Of a stretch of 64,000 bases of DNA, positions 1-10,084 are shown piece by piece; within the stretch, counting starts at the first letter, position 1; each line of letters starts with the position of its first letter. A program made the position numbers and the translations under genes. The stretch lies in the NCBI GenBank assembly GCA_963666515.2, contig OY762897.2, positions 1,152,001 to 1,216,000 on the forward strand. The letters run 5' to 3'. The notes beneath the pieces are model-generated. The model was not told where the DNA came from and did not search any database. It saw nothing but the letters and a program-made list of their open reading frames with translations. The DNA comes from Candidatus Binatia bacterium. GTDB taxonomy: Bacteria; Desulfobacterota; Binatia; UBA9968; JAJDTQ01.

Positions 1-2
1 CC

Positions 3-311
3 CGGATCTTCACCCGGTTGCTGGAACGGACCTACGCGAGCCGCATCGCCTCGTACAACGGCCAGCGGATGCACTTCGTCCGCGAAGAGGTCGACGGCCG
101 TTTCGCCCAGGTCGATACCAGGATCGTGGACCGGGCGGGACGCCGGTTCGACGTCGCCTACCGCCTGCACCGCGTCGGCGGCCGGGGCGAATGGCGTATC
201 TATGACATCGTCATCGAGAACATCAGCCTGGTCAACAACTATCGTGCGCAGTTCAGCCGGGTGATCAGCCGAACCTCCTACGAAGCCCTGCTGGCGAAGC
301 TGCGAGGCTGA
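3..311 (+). CDS. mlaC: MlaC/Ttg2D-family phospholipid-binding protein, C-terminal part (truncated by window start)
   Basis: WRIYDIVIENISLVNNYRAQF matches the MlaC C-terminal signature; frame is open back to base 3. Confidence 0.8.
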   Translation, partial: RIFTRLLERTYASRIASYNGQRMHFVREEVDGRFAQVDTRIVDRAGRRFDVAYRLHRVGGRGEWRIYDIVIENISLVNNYRAQFSRVISRTSYEALLAKLRG

Positions 312-342
312 CCCGCCGCGCGCCGAGGTGCACCGAGGGTAC

Positions 343-1083
343 ATGCAGGAAAAGCGAACTCCCAGAAGAGCCTCCACCATCGTCCTCGCGCGACCCGCGG
401 CAGACGGCGCCTTCGAGATCTTCATGACCCGCCGGCCCCAGGAGATGCGTTTCCTGGGAGGGTTCTTCGTGTTCCCCGGCGGCAGCGTCAAGCGTTCGGA
501 CGCCGCTCCCGCCATGCTGGCGCTGTGCCGCGGTCTTTCGCCCGAGGACGCCCGCGCCCGGCTGGGAGACGAGTTGGGCGCCGAGGACGCCATCGGTCAC
601 TGGGTGGCCGCGGTCCGGGAGCTGTACGAGGAGGTCGGCGTGCTCCTGTGCCTGAACCGGGACGGCGGCGCGGTGATGGCGGAGGAGACGCGGGAACGCT
701 TGGCCGCCAAGCGCGCGTCCCTGTTGAGCGGTGACGTGAGTTTTCCGGACCTGCTGGCGTCCGAGGAGCTTTTCTGCGACCTCGGCAGTCCGGTCTACTT
801 CTACCACCGGGTCACCCCGGAGCGGTACGCCATGCGGTTCGACACCAGGTTCTTCCTGGCCGCGCTGCCGGAGGGGCAGGCGCCGCTGGCGGTATCGGAA
901 GAGGTGACCGAGAGCCTCTGGCTCACTCCCGAGGAGGGACTGAAACGGGCCGAGCGCGGACGGATGGCCATCATCCCGCCGACCCTGAACACCCTGCGCA
1001 CCCTGGCGGACCTCGGTACGTGGGAGGCTCTGTGCCGCGGCTTCGCGTTGCCCGGCGGACGGAAGGAGCAATCGACATCATGA
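343..1083 (+). CDS. NUDIX hydrolase (NUDT19-like)
   Basis: VFPGG...AAVRELYEEVG Nudix box and RFDTRFF motif. Confidence 0.8.
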   Translation: MQEKRTPRRASTIVLARPAADGAFEIFMTRRPQEMRFLGGFFVFPGGSVKRSDAAPAMLALCRGLSPEDARARLGDELGAEDAIGHWVAAVRELYEEVGVLLCLNRDGGAVMAEETRERLAAKRASLLSGDVSFPDLLASEELFCDLGSPVYFYHRVTPERYAMRFDTRFFLAALPEGQAPLAVSEEVTESLWLTPEEGLKRAERGRMAIIPPTLNTLRTLADLGTWEALCRGFALPGGRKEQSTS

Positions 1084-2726
1084 GAACGGTGGACGTGATC
1101 GCCCATATCCTGAAGCGTGAGGGGATCCCGTACCTGAGCGCGTTCCCGACCTCGACGTTGATCGAGGCGGCCGCGGAGGTCGGCATTCGTCCCATCATCT
1201 GCCGGCAGGAACGGGTGGGGGTGGGGATCGCCGACGGCTACAGCCGGGTCAACAACGGCAGGCCGCCGGGGGTGTTCGCCATGCAGTTCGGCCCCGGCGC
1301 CGAGAACGCCTACGCCGGCGTCGCCACGGCCTTCTCCGACGCCGTGCCGATGCTGCTGCTGCCGCTGGGACACACCCGTGACCGGGACGGTGTGTTCCCC
1401 CAGTTCAGCTCGCTACGGAACTACGCGCCCGTCACCAAGTTCATCGAGCAGGTCACCACCGCGGACCGGGTGGTCGATACCATGCGGCGGGCCTTCGCGA
1501 GGCTCAAGATGGGCCGTCCGGGCCCGGTGATGGTGGAGATACCAGCCGACGTGGCGGGAGAGCAACTCGACGCGGGCGTGATCGAAGCCTACCGGCCGGT
1601 GAAGACGGCGGTGGCCGCGGCGGACCCCGCCGCGGTCATGGCCGCGGCCAGGGCCCTGCTCGACGCCCGGGATCCCGTGATCCACGCCGGCCAGGGCGTG
1701 CTTTACGCCGGGGCCGCGCCCGAGCTGCTGGAGCTGGCGGAACTCGCCTGCGTCCCGGTGGCCACCACCATGGGAGGCAAGAGCGCGTTTCCCGAGGCGC
1801 ATCCGCTGTCGCTGGGCAGCGCCTCCGGGGTCATGAACCGGCCCGTGTACCATTTCCTGAAGAAGGCCGACTTGGTCTTCGCGGTGGGCACGAGCCTCAC
1901 CCGCCATCCCATGACCACGCCCATTCCCCGGGACAAGACGTTCGTGCAGGTTACCGACGATCCCATCGACATCGGCAAGAACTATGATGTCGACCATCCC
2001 GTCATCGGTGACGCCAGGCTGGTGCTGCGGCAGTTCGTCGAGGCGGTCCGGGAGCTGTTGAACGGCGCCTCCCGGAGCGAGCGCTCGCCGGCCGCGGAGA
2101 TCGCCTCCTTGCGGGCGGCGTGGCTGCAGGAGTGGAACGCGAAGCTCGCGTCCGACGAGGTGCCGATCAACCCCTACCGGGTGATCTCGGAGTTCATGAA
2201 GGCCGTGGATCCGGCCGAGGCCATCGTGACCCACGATTCCGGCAGTCCCCGGGACCAGATCATGCCGTTCTACCGGTCCGCGGGACCGCGTTCCTACCTG
2301 GGCTGGGGCAAGTCCCACGGCCTGGGTACCGGCCTGGGGTTGAACCTGGGGGCCAAGCTGGCGGCGCCCGACAAGTTCGTGGTCAACTTCATGGGAGACG
2401 CCGCCTTCGGCATGACCGGCCTGGACTTCGAGACCGCGGTGCGGTCGGATCTCCCCATTCTGACCATCGTGCTCAACAATTCCACCATGGCGGTGGAGAC
2501 TCGCCACATGGCGCTGTCGCACGAACGCTACGGCACCCGGGACCTCGGCGGCCACTACGCCGACATGGCCCGGGCCATGGGAGGCTGGGCCGAGCGGGTG
2601 GAGGACCCCGCGGCCGTGGGCGACGCCATCCTCAGGGCGCGGCGGGCAACGGAGGAGGGCAAGGCGGCCCTGCTGGAGTTCATCACCAGTTCGGAGATCG
2701 AGTATTCCCACAAGGGCGCTTTCTAG
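1080..2726 (+). CDS. Thiamine-diphosphate-dependent enzyme (acetolactate-synthase-large-subunit-like)
   Basis: CRQERVGVGIADGY, GPGAEN, and GDAAFGM...LNN ThDP-binding motif; ATG at 1080 overlaps the upstream stop (ATGA). Confidence 0.85.
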   Translation: MRTVDVIAHILKREGIPYLSAFPTSTLIEAAAEVGIRPIICRQERVGVGIADGYSRVNNGRPPGVFAMQFGPGAENAYAGVATAFSDAVPMLLLPLGHTRDRDGVFPQFSSLRNYAPVTKFIEQVTTADRVVDTMRRAFARLKMGRPGPVMVEIPADVAGEQLDAGVIEAYRPVKTAVAAADPAAVMAAARALLDARDPVIHAGQGVLYAGAAPELLELAELACVPVATTMGGKSAFPEAHPLSLGSASGVMNRPVYHFLKKADLVFAVGTSLTRHPMTTPIPRDKTFVQVTDDPIDIGKNYDVDHPVIGDARLVLRQFVEAVRELLNGASRSERSPAAEIASLRAAWLQEWNAKLASDEVPINPYRVISEFMKAVDPAEAIVTHDSGSPRDQIMPFYRSAGPRSYLGWGKSHGLGTGLGLNLGAKLAAPDKFVVNFMGDAAFGMTGLDFETAVRSDLPILTIVLNNSTMAVETRHMALSHERYGTRDLGGHYADMARAMGGWAERVEDPAAVGDAILRARRATEEGKAALLEFITSSEIEYSHKGAF

Positions 2727-2792
2727 TGTCCCGTATCAAGGCCGGAGGCTCGCGCGCGGGCGCGGGGGCCTCCGGGACGTGAAGAGGATTCC

Positions 2793-5483
2793 ATGCGAAA
2801 ATCCATCGGTCTGATCCTGCTCGGCGCTTTTCTGCTGTTCTCGCTCCTGGGCGAGGCCATCTATCTCTACACGGACTATCTCTGGTTCGGCGAGATCGGC
2901 TATGCCGGCGTGTTCACCAAGACGCTGTGGATCAAGGTCCTGCTGGGCGTGATCTCGGGCGTGCTGTTCTTTGCGCTCTTCTACGTCAACATCAAGCTCG
3001 CGGCCCGGCTCCGTGAGGGCGTCGTCCCGCTCAAGAGCACGAATCCGGAGGTTCCGGGACCCGAGGAGCTGGACCCGCTGATCAGGCGGCTGCTGCTGCC
3101 GGTGGCCCTGGTCCTGGGATTCCTGGCCGCGCCTCAGGCGGCCATGCACTGGGAGTCGGCGCTGCTGTACTTCAACGGCTCGCCGTTCGGCATCCAGGAC
3201 CCGCTGCTGGGCAAGGACATCGGCTTCTACCTCTTCCGCCTTCCGGCTTTCGACGCGATCTACCGCTGGTTCCTGGTGTCGCTGGGTCTCATGCTCGTGG
3301 CCACGGCCTTCGTTTACCTGCTGTACGGCGGCATCCAGTACGGCGAGGACGGGCTGTCCGTCCACGCCGCCGCAAAGGTCCATCTGTCGATCCTGCTGGC
3401 GCTGCTGCTCCTGGTGCAGAGCGGAGGCTACCTGCTGGACGCCTACAAGCTGCTGTACTCGCACAACGGGGTGGTGTTCGGCGCCGGCTACACCGACATC
3501 CACGCCCGGCTTCCCGCGCTGCGGGTGCTGGCGGTTCTGGCCGTGGTCGCCGCCGGGCTCTGCCTGTGGCAGATGCGCCGTCCCGGACTCAGGCTTCTCT
3601 TCATCGGGGTCGGGGGGCTGGCGGCCGTTCACGCCATCGGCATGTTCGCCTACCCGTCCTTCCTGCAGCAGTTCCACGTGGTTCCCAACGAGCTGGTGGC
3701 CGAGACGCCCTACATCGAGCGCAACATCCGCTCCACCCGCCACGCCTACGGCCTCGACCGGGTGGAGGCCCAGGAGTTCCCGGTCAGCGAAATGCTGACT
3801 GCCGCCGACCTCCAGGAGAACGACGCCACGGTCAAGAACATCCGGCTGTGGAACTATCTGCCGCTGCTGTCCACCTATGCCCAGTTGCAGCAGATACGCA
3901 CCTACTACGAGTTCGTGGACGTGGACACGGCCCGCTACAAGATCGGCGATTCCTACCGGCAGGTGATGCTCTCGGCCAGGGAGCTGTCCCACGAGCAGCT
4001 TCCCAGCCGCATCTGGATCAACGAGCACCTGGTGTACACCCATGGCTACGGGGTGGTCTTCAGCCCCGTGAACCAGATCAGCAAGGAGGGCCTGCCCGAG
4101 TTCTTCGTCAAGGACATCCCGCCGGTGTCCGACGGCTTCGTCAAGGTGACCCGGCCGGAGATCTACTTCGGCGAGGTGGCCAACGACTACGTGTTCGTCA
4201 AGACGCAAGCGCAGGAGCTGGACTATCCGGCCGGCGACCAGAACATCTACACCACCTACGAGGGTGAGGGCGGCGTGCCGTTGCGGTCGTTCTGGCGCAA
4301 GCTGCTGTATTCGGCCCGTTTCGCGACCTTGCGGATATCCCTCTCCAACGACATCACGCCGGAGAGCCGCATTCTCTACTACCGCAAGATACAGGACCGG
4401 GTGCAGAAGCTGGCGCCGTTCCTGGACTTCGACGAGGACCCGTACCTGGTGGTCACTCCGGAGGGCCGGATCTTCTGGATCATCGACGGCTACACCACCT
4501 CCGACCGCTATCCGTACTCCGAGCCCACTGAAGGGGTCGGCAACTACATCCGCAACTCGGTCAAGACGGTGGTGGACGCCTACAACGGCACCGTGGACTT
4601 CTACATCGCCGATGCCGGCGACCCGGTGGTGAGGGCCTATGCCAACGGTTTCCCGGGCCTGTTCAAGCCGATGGAGGCCATGCCGGAAGCGTTGCGCACG
4701 CACGTGCGCTATCCCCAGGACCTGTTCAAGGTGCAGGCGCGGATGTACGCCACCTACCACATGCGGGACCCGCAGGTCTTCTACAACAAGGAGGACCTGC
4801 TGAGCATTCCCATGCGCAAGGTGGGCGAGGAAGAGCTGGAGATGGAACCCTACTACACCATCATGCGCCTGCCCGGAGAGGATAGCGAGGAGTTCGTCCT
4901 GCTGCTGCCCTTCACTCCCAACAACCGCGACAACATGAGGGCATGGCTCGCCGCCCGGAGCGACGGCACCCACTACGGCAAGCTGCTGGCGCTCAACTTC
5001 CCCAAGGCCCGGCTCGTCTACGGCCCCAAACAGGTCGACGCCCGCATCGACCAGGATGCGTTCATCTCGCAGCAGTTGAGCCTGTGGGGCCAGCGGGGCT
5101 CCCAGGTGATCCGCGGCAGCCTGCTGGCGATTCCCATCCAGGACTCGCTGCTCTACGTCCAGTCCCTCTACCTGGCCGCGGAGCAGGGCTCTTTGCCGGA
5201 GCTCAAGCGGGTGGTGGCGGTGTTCGGCAACCGCATCGCCATGCGTGAGAACCTCGATGACGCGTTGCGCGAGCTGTTCGGCGACACCGTGGAGGGCACG
5301 GTGGCGGCGGCGCCGGCGGTTCAGGCCGCGGCCTCGAAGGAAGACGCCGGCGATCCGGCCGCGCGCGCCCTGGAACACTACCGGCGTTCGGTGGAGATGC
5401 TCCGGGCGGGAGACTGGGCCGGGTTCGGGGACGCGCTACGCCGGCTCGAGCAGTCGCTGCAGGCCCTGCAGGCGACGCCCTAG
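2793..5483 (+). CDS. UPF0182-family integral membrane protein
   Basis: 896 aa with N-terminal TM helices; motifs DxLWF.E.GY, NIRLW, YTHGYG, NYIRNSVK, H.RYP.DLF. Confidence 0.9.
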   Translation: MRKSIGLILLGAFLLFSLLGEAIYLYTDYLWFGEIGYAGVFTKTLWIKVLLGVISGVLFFALFYVNIKLAARLREGVVPLKSTNPEVPGPEELDPLIRRLLLPVALVLGFLAAPQAAMHWESALLYFNGSPFGIQDPLLGKDIGFYLFRLPAFDAIYRWFLVSLGLMLVATAFVYLLYGGIQYGEDGLSVHAAAKVHLSILLALLLLVQSGGYLLDAYKLLYSHNGVVFGAGYTDIHARLPALRVLAVLAVVAAGLCLWQMRRPGLRLLFIGVGGLAAVHAIGMFAYPSFLQQFHVVPNELVAETPYIERNIRSTRHAYGLDRVEAQEFPVSEMLTAADLQENDATVKNIRLWNYLPLLSTYAQLQQIRTYYEFVDVDTARYKIGDSYRQVMLSARELSHEQLPSRIWINEHLVYTHGYGVVFSPVNQISKEGLPEFFVKDIPPVSDGFVKVTRPEIYFGEVANDYVFVKTQAQELDYPAGDQNIYTTYEGEGGVPLRSFWRKLLYSARFATLRISLSNDITPESRILYYRKIQDRVQKLAPFLDFDEDPYLVVTPEGRIFWIIDGYTTSDRYPYSEPTEGVGNYIRNSVKTVVDAYNGTVDFYIADAGDPVVRAYANGFPGLFKPMEAMPEALRTHVRYPQDLFKVQARMYATYHMRDPQVFYNKEDLLSIPMRKVGEEELEMEPYYTIMRLPGEDSEEFVLLLPFTPNNRDNMRAWLAARSDGTHYGKLLALNFPKARLVYGPKQVDARIDQDAFISQQLSLWGQRGSQVIRGSLLAIPIQDSLLYVQSLYLAAEQGSLPELKRVVAVFGNRIAMRENLDDALRELFGDTVEGTVAAAPAVQAAASKEDAGDPAARALEHYRRSVEMLRAGDWAGFGDALRRLEQSLQALQATP

Positions 5484-5554
5484 GGGCGACCGCGGGTCGC
5501 CCCTACAGGGGGTTCATCGCTGGGGCATGTGTAGGGGCGACCCGCGGTCGCCCC
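5481..5554. repeat. Inverted doublet of GTAG-type REP-like palindromes
   Basis: TAGGGGCGACC-GCG-GGTCGCCCCTAC (5481-5506) and GTAGGGGCGACC-CGC-GGTCGCCCC (5531-5554); the first copy supplies the upstream TAG stop. Confidence 0.8.
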
Positions 5555-5571
5555 AGGGCGAAGGGGGGCTT

Positions 5572-6405
5572 ATGAGAAGCATGACCGGTTTTGGTCAGGC
5601 GATCCTCCAGGACCGGCAGGTCAAGGTTTCCGTGCAGATCCGCAGCGTCAACCACCGGCACGCGGACGTCCACCTGCGCGTGCCGAAGCTCTACCTGAGC
5701 CTCGAAGACGAGTTGCGCGAGCAGGCCCGCGCGAGGATCCACCGGGGGCGCGCGGACATCTTCGTCGACCGGACCGCGCTCAAGGGGCGCGGCTATCGGC
5801 TGGAGGTGGACGACGCCCTCATGGAGCAGTACTGCGAAGCGCTGCGGCGCATCAAGCAGCGGTTCCACCTCCAGGGCGACATCGATCTCCAGTTGGTGCC
5901 GCGGCTCCCCGACCTGTTCCAGTTCAAGGAGCCGGACCACGTCGAGGGAAGCGAGAAGCGCCTGGTGCTGCGGGCGCTGGACAACGCCCTGAAGAACCTC
6001 ACCCGCTCCCGCGACCGCGAGGGGCGCAATCTCAAGCGCGACATGACCGCGGAGGCGCGCCGGCTGAGCCGCGCGTCCAGGCAGTTGGGGCGTTGCGCCG
6101 AGGCCATCGACCAGCGCCTTCAGGAACAGGGCGCCGCAGCCGCGCCCGGCGAAGCCGGCAGCGGGACCTTCAAGGGCAGCATCAACGAGGAGGTGGTCCG
6201 GCTGGGTAGCCACGTGGAGATGCTCGCGGGCCTCATGCGGGAGCGTGAGCCGGTGGGCAAGAAGATCGATTTCCTGCTCCAGGAGGTGCAGCGCGAGCTG
6301 ACCACCATCGGCGCCAAGGCGCCGCAGCTCGACGTGGTCCGCCTGGTGCTGGGCGGCAAGGAAAGCGTGGAGAAGATTCGCGAACAGGTCCAGAACGTGG
6401 AATGA
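5572..6405 (+). CDS. yicC: YicC/YloC-family endoribonuclease
   Basis: MRSMTGFG start, SVNHR, EEVVRL.SH, GKKIDFLLQE, EKIREQVQNVE end. Confidence 0.9.
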   Translation: MRSMTGFGQAILQDRQVKVSVQIRSVNHRHADVHLRVPKLYLSLEDELREQARARIHRGRADIFVDRTALKGRGYRLEVDDALMEQYCEALRRIKQRFHLQGDIDLQLVPRLPDLFQFKEPDHVEGSEKRLVLRALDNALKNLTRSRDREGRNLKRDMTAEARRLSRASRQLGRCAEAIDQRLQEQGAAAAPGEAGSGTFKGSINEEVVRLGSHVEMLAGLMREREPVGKKIDFLLQEVQRELTTIGAKAPQLDVVRLVLGGKESVEKIREQVQNVE

Positions 6406-7022
6406 CGGTCTCGATTCGAAGCTTTGCCGGGCGCCGTCCGGGGATCGTGTTCATCGTCTCGGCGCCCTCCGGCGCGGGCAAGACGACGTTGACCCGGAAA
6501 GTCCTCAGCGTCTATCCGGAGATGAGCCTGTCGGTGTCCTGCACGACCCGGCGTCCAAGGGAAGGGGAGACGCCGGGCGAGGACTACCACTTCGTCTCGG
6601 AGAAACGTTTCAGGCAGATGCTCTCGGCGGGCGATTTCGCCGAGTGGGCGGAGGTTCACGGCAGTCTTTACGGGACGCCGCGCCGGGTGCTCGAACGGCA
6701 ACTCGGGCGCGGCCGGGACGTGCTGCTGGACATCGACGTGCAGGGCGCCCGCCAGATCAAGCGGCACTTCCTCAGCGCCGTGGCCATATTCGTGCTGCCG
6801 CCGTCGCTGGACGAACTGCGCCGCCGCCTTTCGGCCCGGGGGACCGATGCGCGCAAGACGATCCAGCAGCGTTGGCGCAACGCGCGGCATGAAATTCAGG
6901 AAATTCAGGGGTATGATTACTTCATCGTCAACCGGGACGTGGATGAGGCGGTAACCAGGCTTGCCGCCATCATCGCGGCCGAAAGGCTCAAGGTGTGCAG
7001 GTACATTCCGAAACAGAACTAA
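6402..7022 (+). CDS. gmk: Guanylate kinase
   Basis: [11 protein letters not shown]-loop, SCTTRRPREGE..GEDYHFV, YGT, DIDVQGA. Confidence 0.95.
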   Translation: MTVSIRSFAGRRPGIVFIVSAPSGAGKTTLTRKVLSVYPEMSLSVSCTTRRPREGETPGEDYHFVSEKRFRQMLSAGDFAEWAEVHGSLYGTPRRVLERQLGRGRDVLLDIDVQGARQIKRHFLSAVAIFVLPPSLDELRRRLSARGTDARKTIQQRWRNARHEIQEIQGYDYFIVNRDVDEAVTRLAAIIAAERLKVCRYIPKQN

Positions 7023-9199
7023 GGCCCCGGCAACGGTCGAAACGCGTCGCCGCCAAAAGCGCCATCGGCGAGCTGGTCGACAAGGTCCTGCGATATCAGC
7101 CCGAGGCCGAAATCGAGCAGTTGCGCGAAGCCTACGAGTTCTCCTCGCGCGTGCACGAAGGACAGAAGCGCCTGTCCGGCGAGCCCTACGTGACCCATCC
7201 CCTGGCTGTGGCCGCCCTGCTCGCGGACCTGAAGCTCGACCTTCCCAGCATCATCGGCGGGATGCTCCACGACACGGTGGAGGACACGCTGGCCACGCTG
7301 CCCGAGATCGAGGCGGAGTTCGGCAAGGAGATAGCCACTCTGGTGGACGGAGTGACCAATCTGAGCCGCGTGGATTTCACGAGCCACGAGGAGAAGCAGG
7401 CGGAGAACTTCCGCAAGATGATCATGGCCATGGCCGCGGACATACGCGTGGTCCTCATCAAGCTGGCCGACCGCACCCACAACATGCGCACGCTCCAGCA
7501 TCTTCCCGTGGAGAAGCAGCGGCGCATCGCCCAGGAAACCCTGGACATCTACGCTCCCATCGCGCACCGGCTGGGCATCTACTGGATCAAGAGCGAACTG
7601 GAGGACTTGGCGCTCAAGCACGTCCGGCCGGAGATCTACACGCAGTTGAAACGGGACGTGGCGCAGAAGAAGAAGCACCGGGAGAAGTACACCAACGAGG
7701 TCATCTCGCGCATGGGCAAGGCGCTGGCGGAAGAAGGCATCGACGCGGAGGTCAGCGGCAGGCCAAAGCACTTCTACAGCATCTTCAAGAAAATGGAGAA
7801 CCAGAGCCTGGACTTCGGCCAGGTCTACGACCTGGTGGCGTTCCGCATCGTCGTGGACACCGTGCGCGAGTGCTACGAGTCCATGGGCGTGGTCCACGCC
7901 AAGTGGCGGCCGGTGCCGGGCCGGTTCAAGGACTACATCGCGCTGGCCAAGCCCAACATGTACCAGTCCCTGCACACCACCGTCATCGGTCCCAACGCCC
8001 AGCGCATCGAGATCCAGATCCGCACCCACGAGATGCATCGGGTGGCCGAGGAGGGCATCGCTTCCCACTGGCGCTACAAGAAGGGCAAGGACCTGCCGGT
8101 GACGGACATCCAGCGGTTCGCGTGGCTCCGGCAACTGCTCGAATGGCAGCAGAACCTTTCGGACCCGCAGGAGTTCCTCCACAGCATCAAGGAGGATCTG
8201 TTCCCGGACGAAGTCTACGTGTTCACGCCCAACGGCGACCTGCAGAGCTTCCCGAAAGGGGCCACCGTCGTCGATTTCGCCTACCGCATCCACTCCGATA
8301 TCGGCCAGCACTGCTCCGGGGCCCGAGTGAACGGCCGGCTCGTGCCGTTCAAGTACATCCTCAGGAGCGGCGACACCGTGGAGATCATCACGACGCAAGA
8401 GCAGACGCCCAGCCGGGACTGGCTGAAGGTGGCCAAGACCCCCCGCGCCAAGTCCCGCATCCGCGCCTGGATGGCGTCGCAGCAGCGGGAACGGAGCGTG
8501 GCCCTGGGACGCGAGCTCCTGGAAGGAGACTTCAGCCGTCACGGGCTGGAGTTCCACGACCTCCACAGCCGCGGCGCCGTCGATACCCTGGGAAGGGAAC
8601 TCGGCGTCAAGAACGAGGAGGGACTCCTGGCGAGCGTCGGCTACGGCAAGATCATGCCGCGCCAGGTTCTCGCCAAGCTGCTTCCGGCGGAGCAGCTCAA
8701 GGGCGACAGGAAGCAGCTCGAGGGCGGGCTCGAACGGCTCTTCCGGCTGGTGGGCTCACGGGACCGGGGGGTCCGCGTCAAGGGCATCGAGGACGTGCTG
8801 GTGCGTTTCGCGCGCTGCTGCCACCCGCTTCCGGGCGAGGATATCGCCGGCATCATCACCCGCGGGCGGGGCGTGACCGTGCACGTGGCCAGTTGCCCCA
8901 CGGGACTCGAGGCGGACCCCGAGAGGAGGGTCGAGGTGAGCTGGTCGGAGGACGCTCCGATGCCCCGCGCGGTGAAGATCGAGGTGAGCTGCGCAGACAA
9001 GCCCGGTCTGCTGGCGGCCATCAGCTCGGCCATCTCCGAGGCCGGCGTGAACATCGCCCGCGCTCACATACGCACGTTCGACGACAGGGCCATCAACACG
9101 TTCGAGATCATGATCGGAAGCTCCGATCAGTTGCGGAACGTGCTGCAGGACATCTCCAGGGTGAAGGGGGTGTACCGGGCGAACCGGGTCCAGGGGTAG
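6995..9199 (+). CDS. relA: Bifunctional (p)ppGpp synthetase/hydrolase, RelA/SpoT family (start uncertain)
   Basis: HD domain (LHDTVED), synthetase (RFKDYI, YQSLHTT, EIQIRT), TGS and ACT domains. Confidence 0.93.
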   Translation: MQVHSETELRPRQRSKRVAAKSAIGELVDKVLRYQPEAEIEQLREAYEFSSRVHEGQKRLSGEPYVTHPLAVAALLADLKLDLPSIIGGMLHDTVEDTLATLPEIEAEFGKEIATLVDGVTNLSRVDFTSHEEKQAENFRKMIMAMAADIRVVLIKLADRTHNMRTLQHLPVEKQRRIAQETLDIYAPIAHRLGIYWIKSELEDLALKHVRPEIYTQLKRDVAQKKKHREKYTNEVISRMGKALAEEGIDAEVSGRPKHFYSIFKKMENQSLDFGQVYDLVAFRIVVDTVRECYESMGVVHAKWRPVPGRFKDYIALAKPNMYQSLHTTVIGPNAQRIEIQIRTHEMHRVAEEGIASHWRYKKGKDLPVTDIQRFAWLRQLLEWQQNLSDPQEFLHSIKEDLFPDEVYVFTPNGDLQSFPKGATVVDFAYRIHSDIGQHCSGARVNGRLVPFKYILRSGDTVEIITTQEQTPSRDWLKVAKTPRAKSRIRAWMASQQRERSVALGRELLEGDFSRHGLEFHDLHSRGAVDTLGRELGVKNEEGLLASVGYGKIMPRQVLAKLLPAEQLKGDRKQLEGGLERLFRLVGSRDRGVRVKGIEDVLVRFARCCHPLPGEDIAGIITRGRGVTVHVASCPTGLEADPERRVEVSWSEDAPMPRAVKIEVSCADKPGLLAAISSAISEAGVNIARAHIRTFDDRAINTFEIMIGSSDQLRNVLQDISRVKGVYRANRVQG

Positions 9200-9212
9200 G
9201 ACCTCCCCGGCG

Positions 9213-9404
9213 TCAGGCGACCTTCTCGACCTTCCCCGAGCGCAGGCACCGCGTGCACACGCGGATGCGTTGAACGGCGCCGTTCAACCTCGCGCGTACC
9301 TGCTGCAGGTTGGGGAGCCAGCGGCGCCGGGTCTTGTTGTTGGCGTGGCTGACGTTGTTTCCGACCGAGGGTCCCTTGCCGCAGATGGAGCATCTTCTTG
9401 CCAT
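9213..9404 (-). CDS. rpmB: 50S ribosomal protein L28 (CxxC/CxxC type)
   Basis: [34 protein letters not shown]...[11 protein letters not shown]. Confidence 0.96.
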   Translation of the reverse strand: MARRCSICGKGPSVGNNVSHANNKTRRRWLPNLQQVRARLNGAVQRIRVCTRCLRSGKVEKVA

Positions 9405-9580
9405 GGCTGTTTTTTCGAATCCTTTCCGTCCGTTCAGTAGCAGTTCGGATGATATCACAGCGACGCCCGTTTGCGAAGCGTCGGCGATCCCGCACTCCTC
9501 TGTCACGCACCTGACGTATGTAATTGTCTTTTGAATCACGTCATGCTAGTCATGAACGCATTCTTGAACAAGGGGGAAGT

Positions 9581-10009
9581 ATGGCTCTGGATTTGAAGGT
9601 CACCATAAGGCGAGAGATCGACCGTTTGAAGAAGGACTTGGCCGCCGCCAACGCGCGAACCGCCACGTTGCAGGACGAGATCAAGCAGCACGAACAGATC
9701 TACGACATGCTGGAGGGCAAGCCGAAGCCGGCCAAGCGGCCCGGGCGGCCCCGCGGTCCGAGAGCCGAAACGCAGAAGCGCGCTCCCCGTGGTCCGAGAG
9801 CCGGGACGCAGAAGCGCGGTCCCCGCGGTTCCATGATCGATTGGAACGCCGTTTTCGCAACCTTGCCCGGCGAGTTCACGCTCGATACCATCGAGGCCAA
9901 CAAGACCGCGAACGAGAAGCCGCGCGCGTACCTGAGGCAGGTGGTCGTCCGCTGGTCGAAAGAGGGGCGCATCAAGCGCACCGGCCGCGGCGTGTACCAG
10001 AAGACCTGA
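9581..10009 (+). CDS. Hypothetical basic protein: coiled coil, Arg/Pro/Gly-rich repeat linker, possible winged-helix end (putative DNA-binding)
   Basis: AGGGGG RBS-like site before ATG 9581; RPGRPRG motif; C-terminal WSKEGRIKRTGRGVY resembles a wHTH wing. Confidence 0.65.
   Translation: MALDLKVTIRREIDRLKKDLAAANARTATLQDEIKQHEQIYDMLEGKPKPAKRPGRPRGPRAETQKRAPRGPRAGTQKRGPRGSMIDWNAVFATLPGEFTLDTIEANKTANEKPRAYLRQVVVRWSKEGRIKRTGRGVYQKT
9749..9829 (+). repeat. In-frame 36-nt tandem repeat (about 2.25 units) encoding PRGPRA[E/G]TQKR[A/G]
   Basis: Units 9749-9784 and 9785-9820, partial unit 9821-9829. Confidence 0.85.
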
Positions 10010-10084
10010 CGCGATCGGATACGGGGCGGCTTCGGCCGGAACGAATGACTTTCAGACGGAACACTGCAGCGAGTGGAGGTAACG

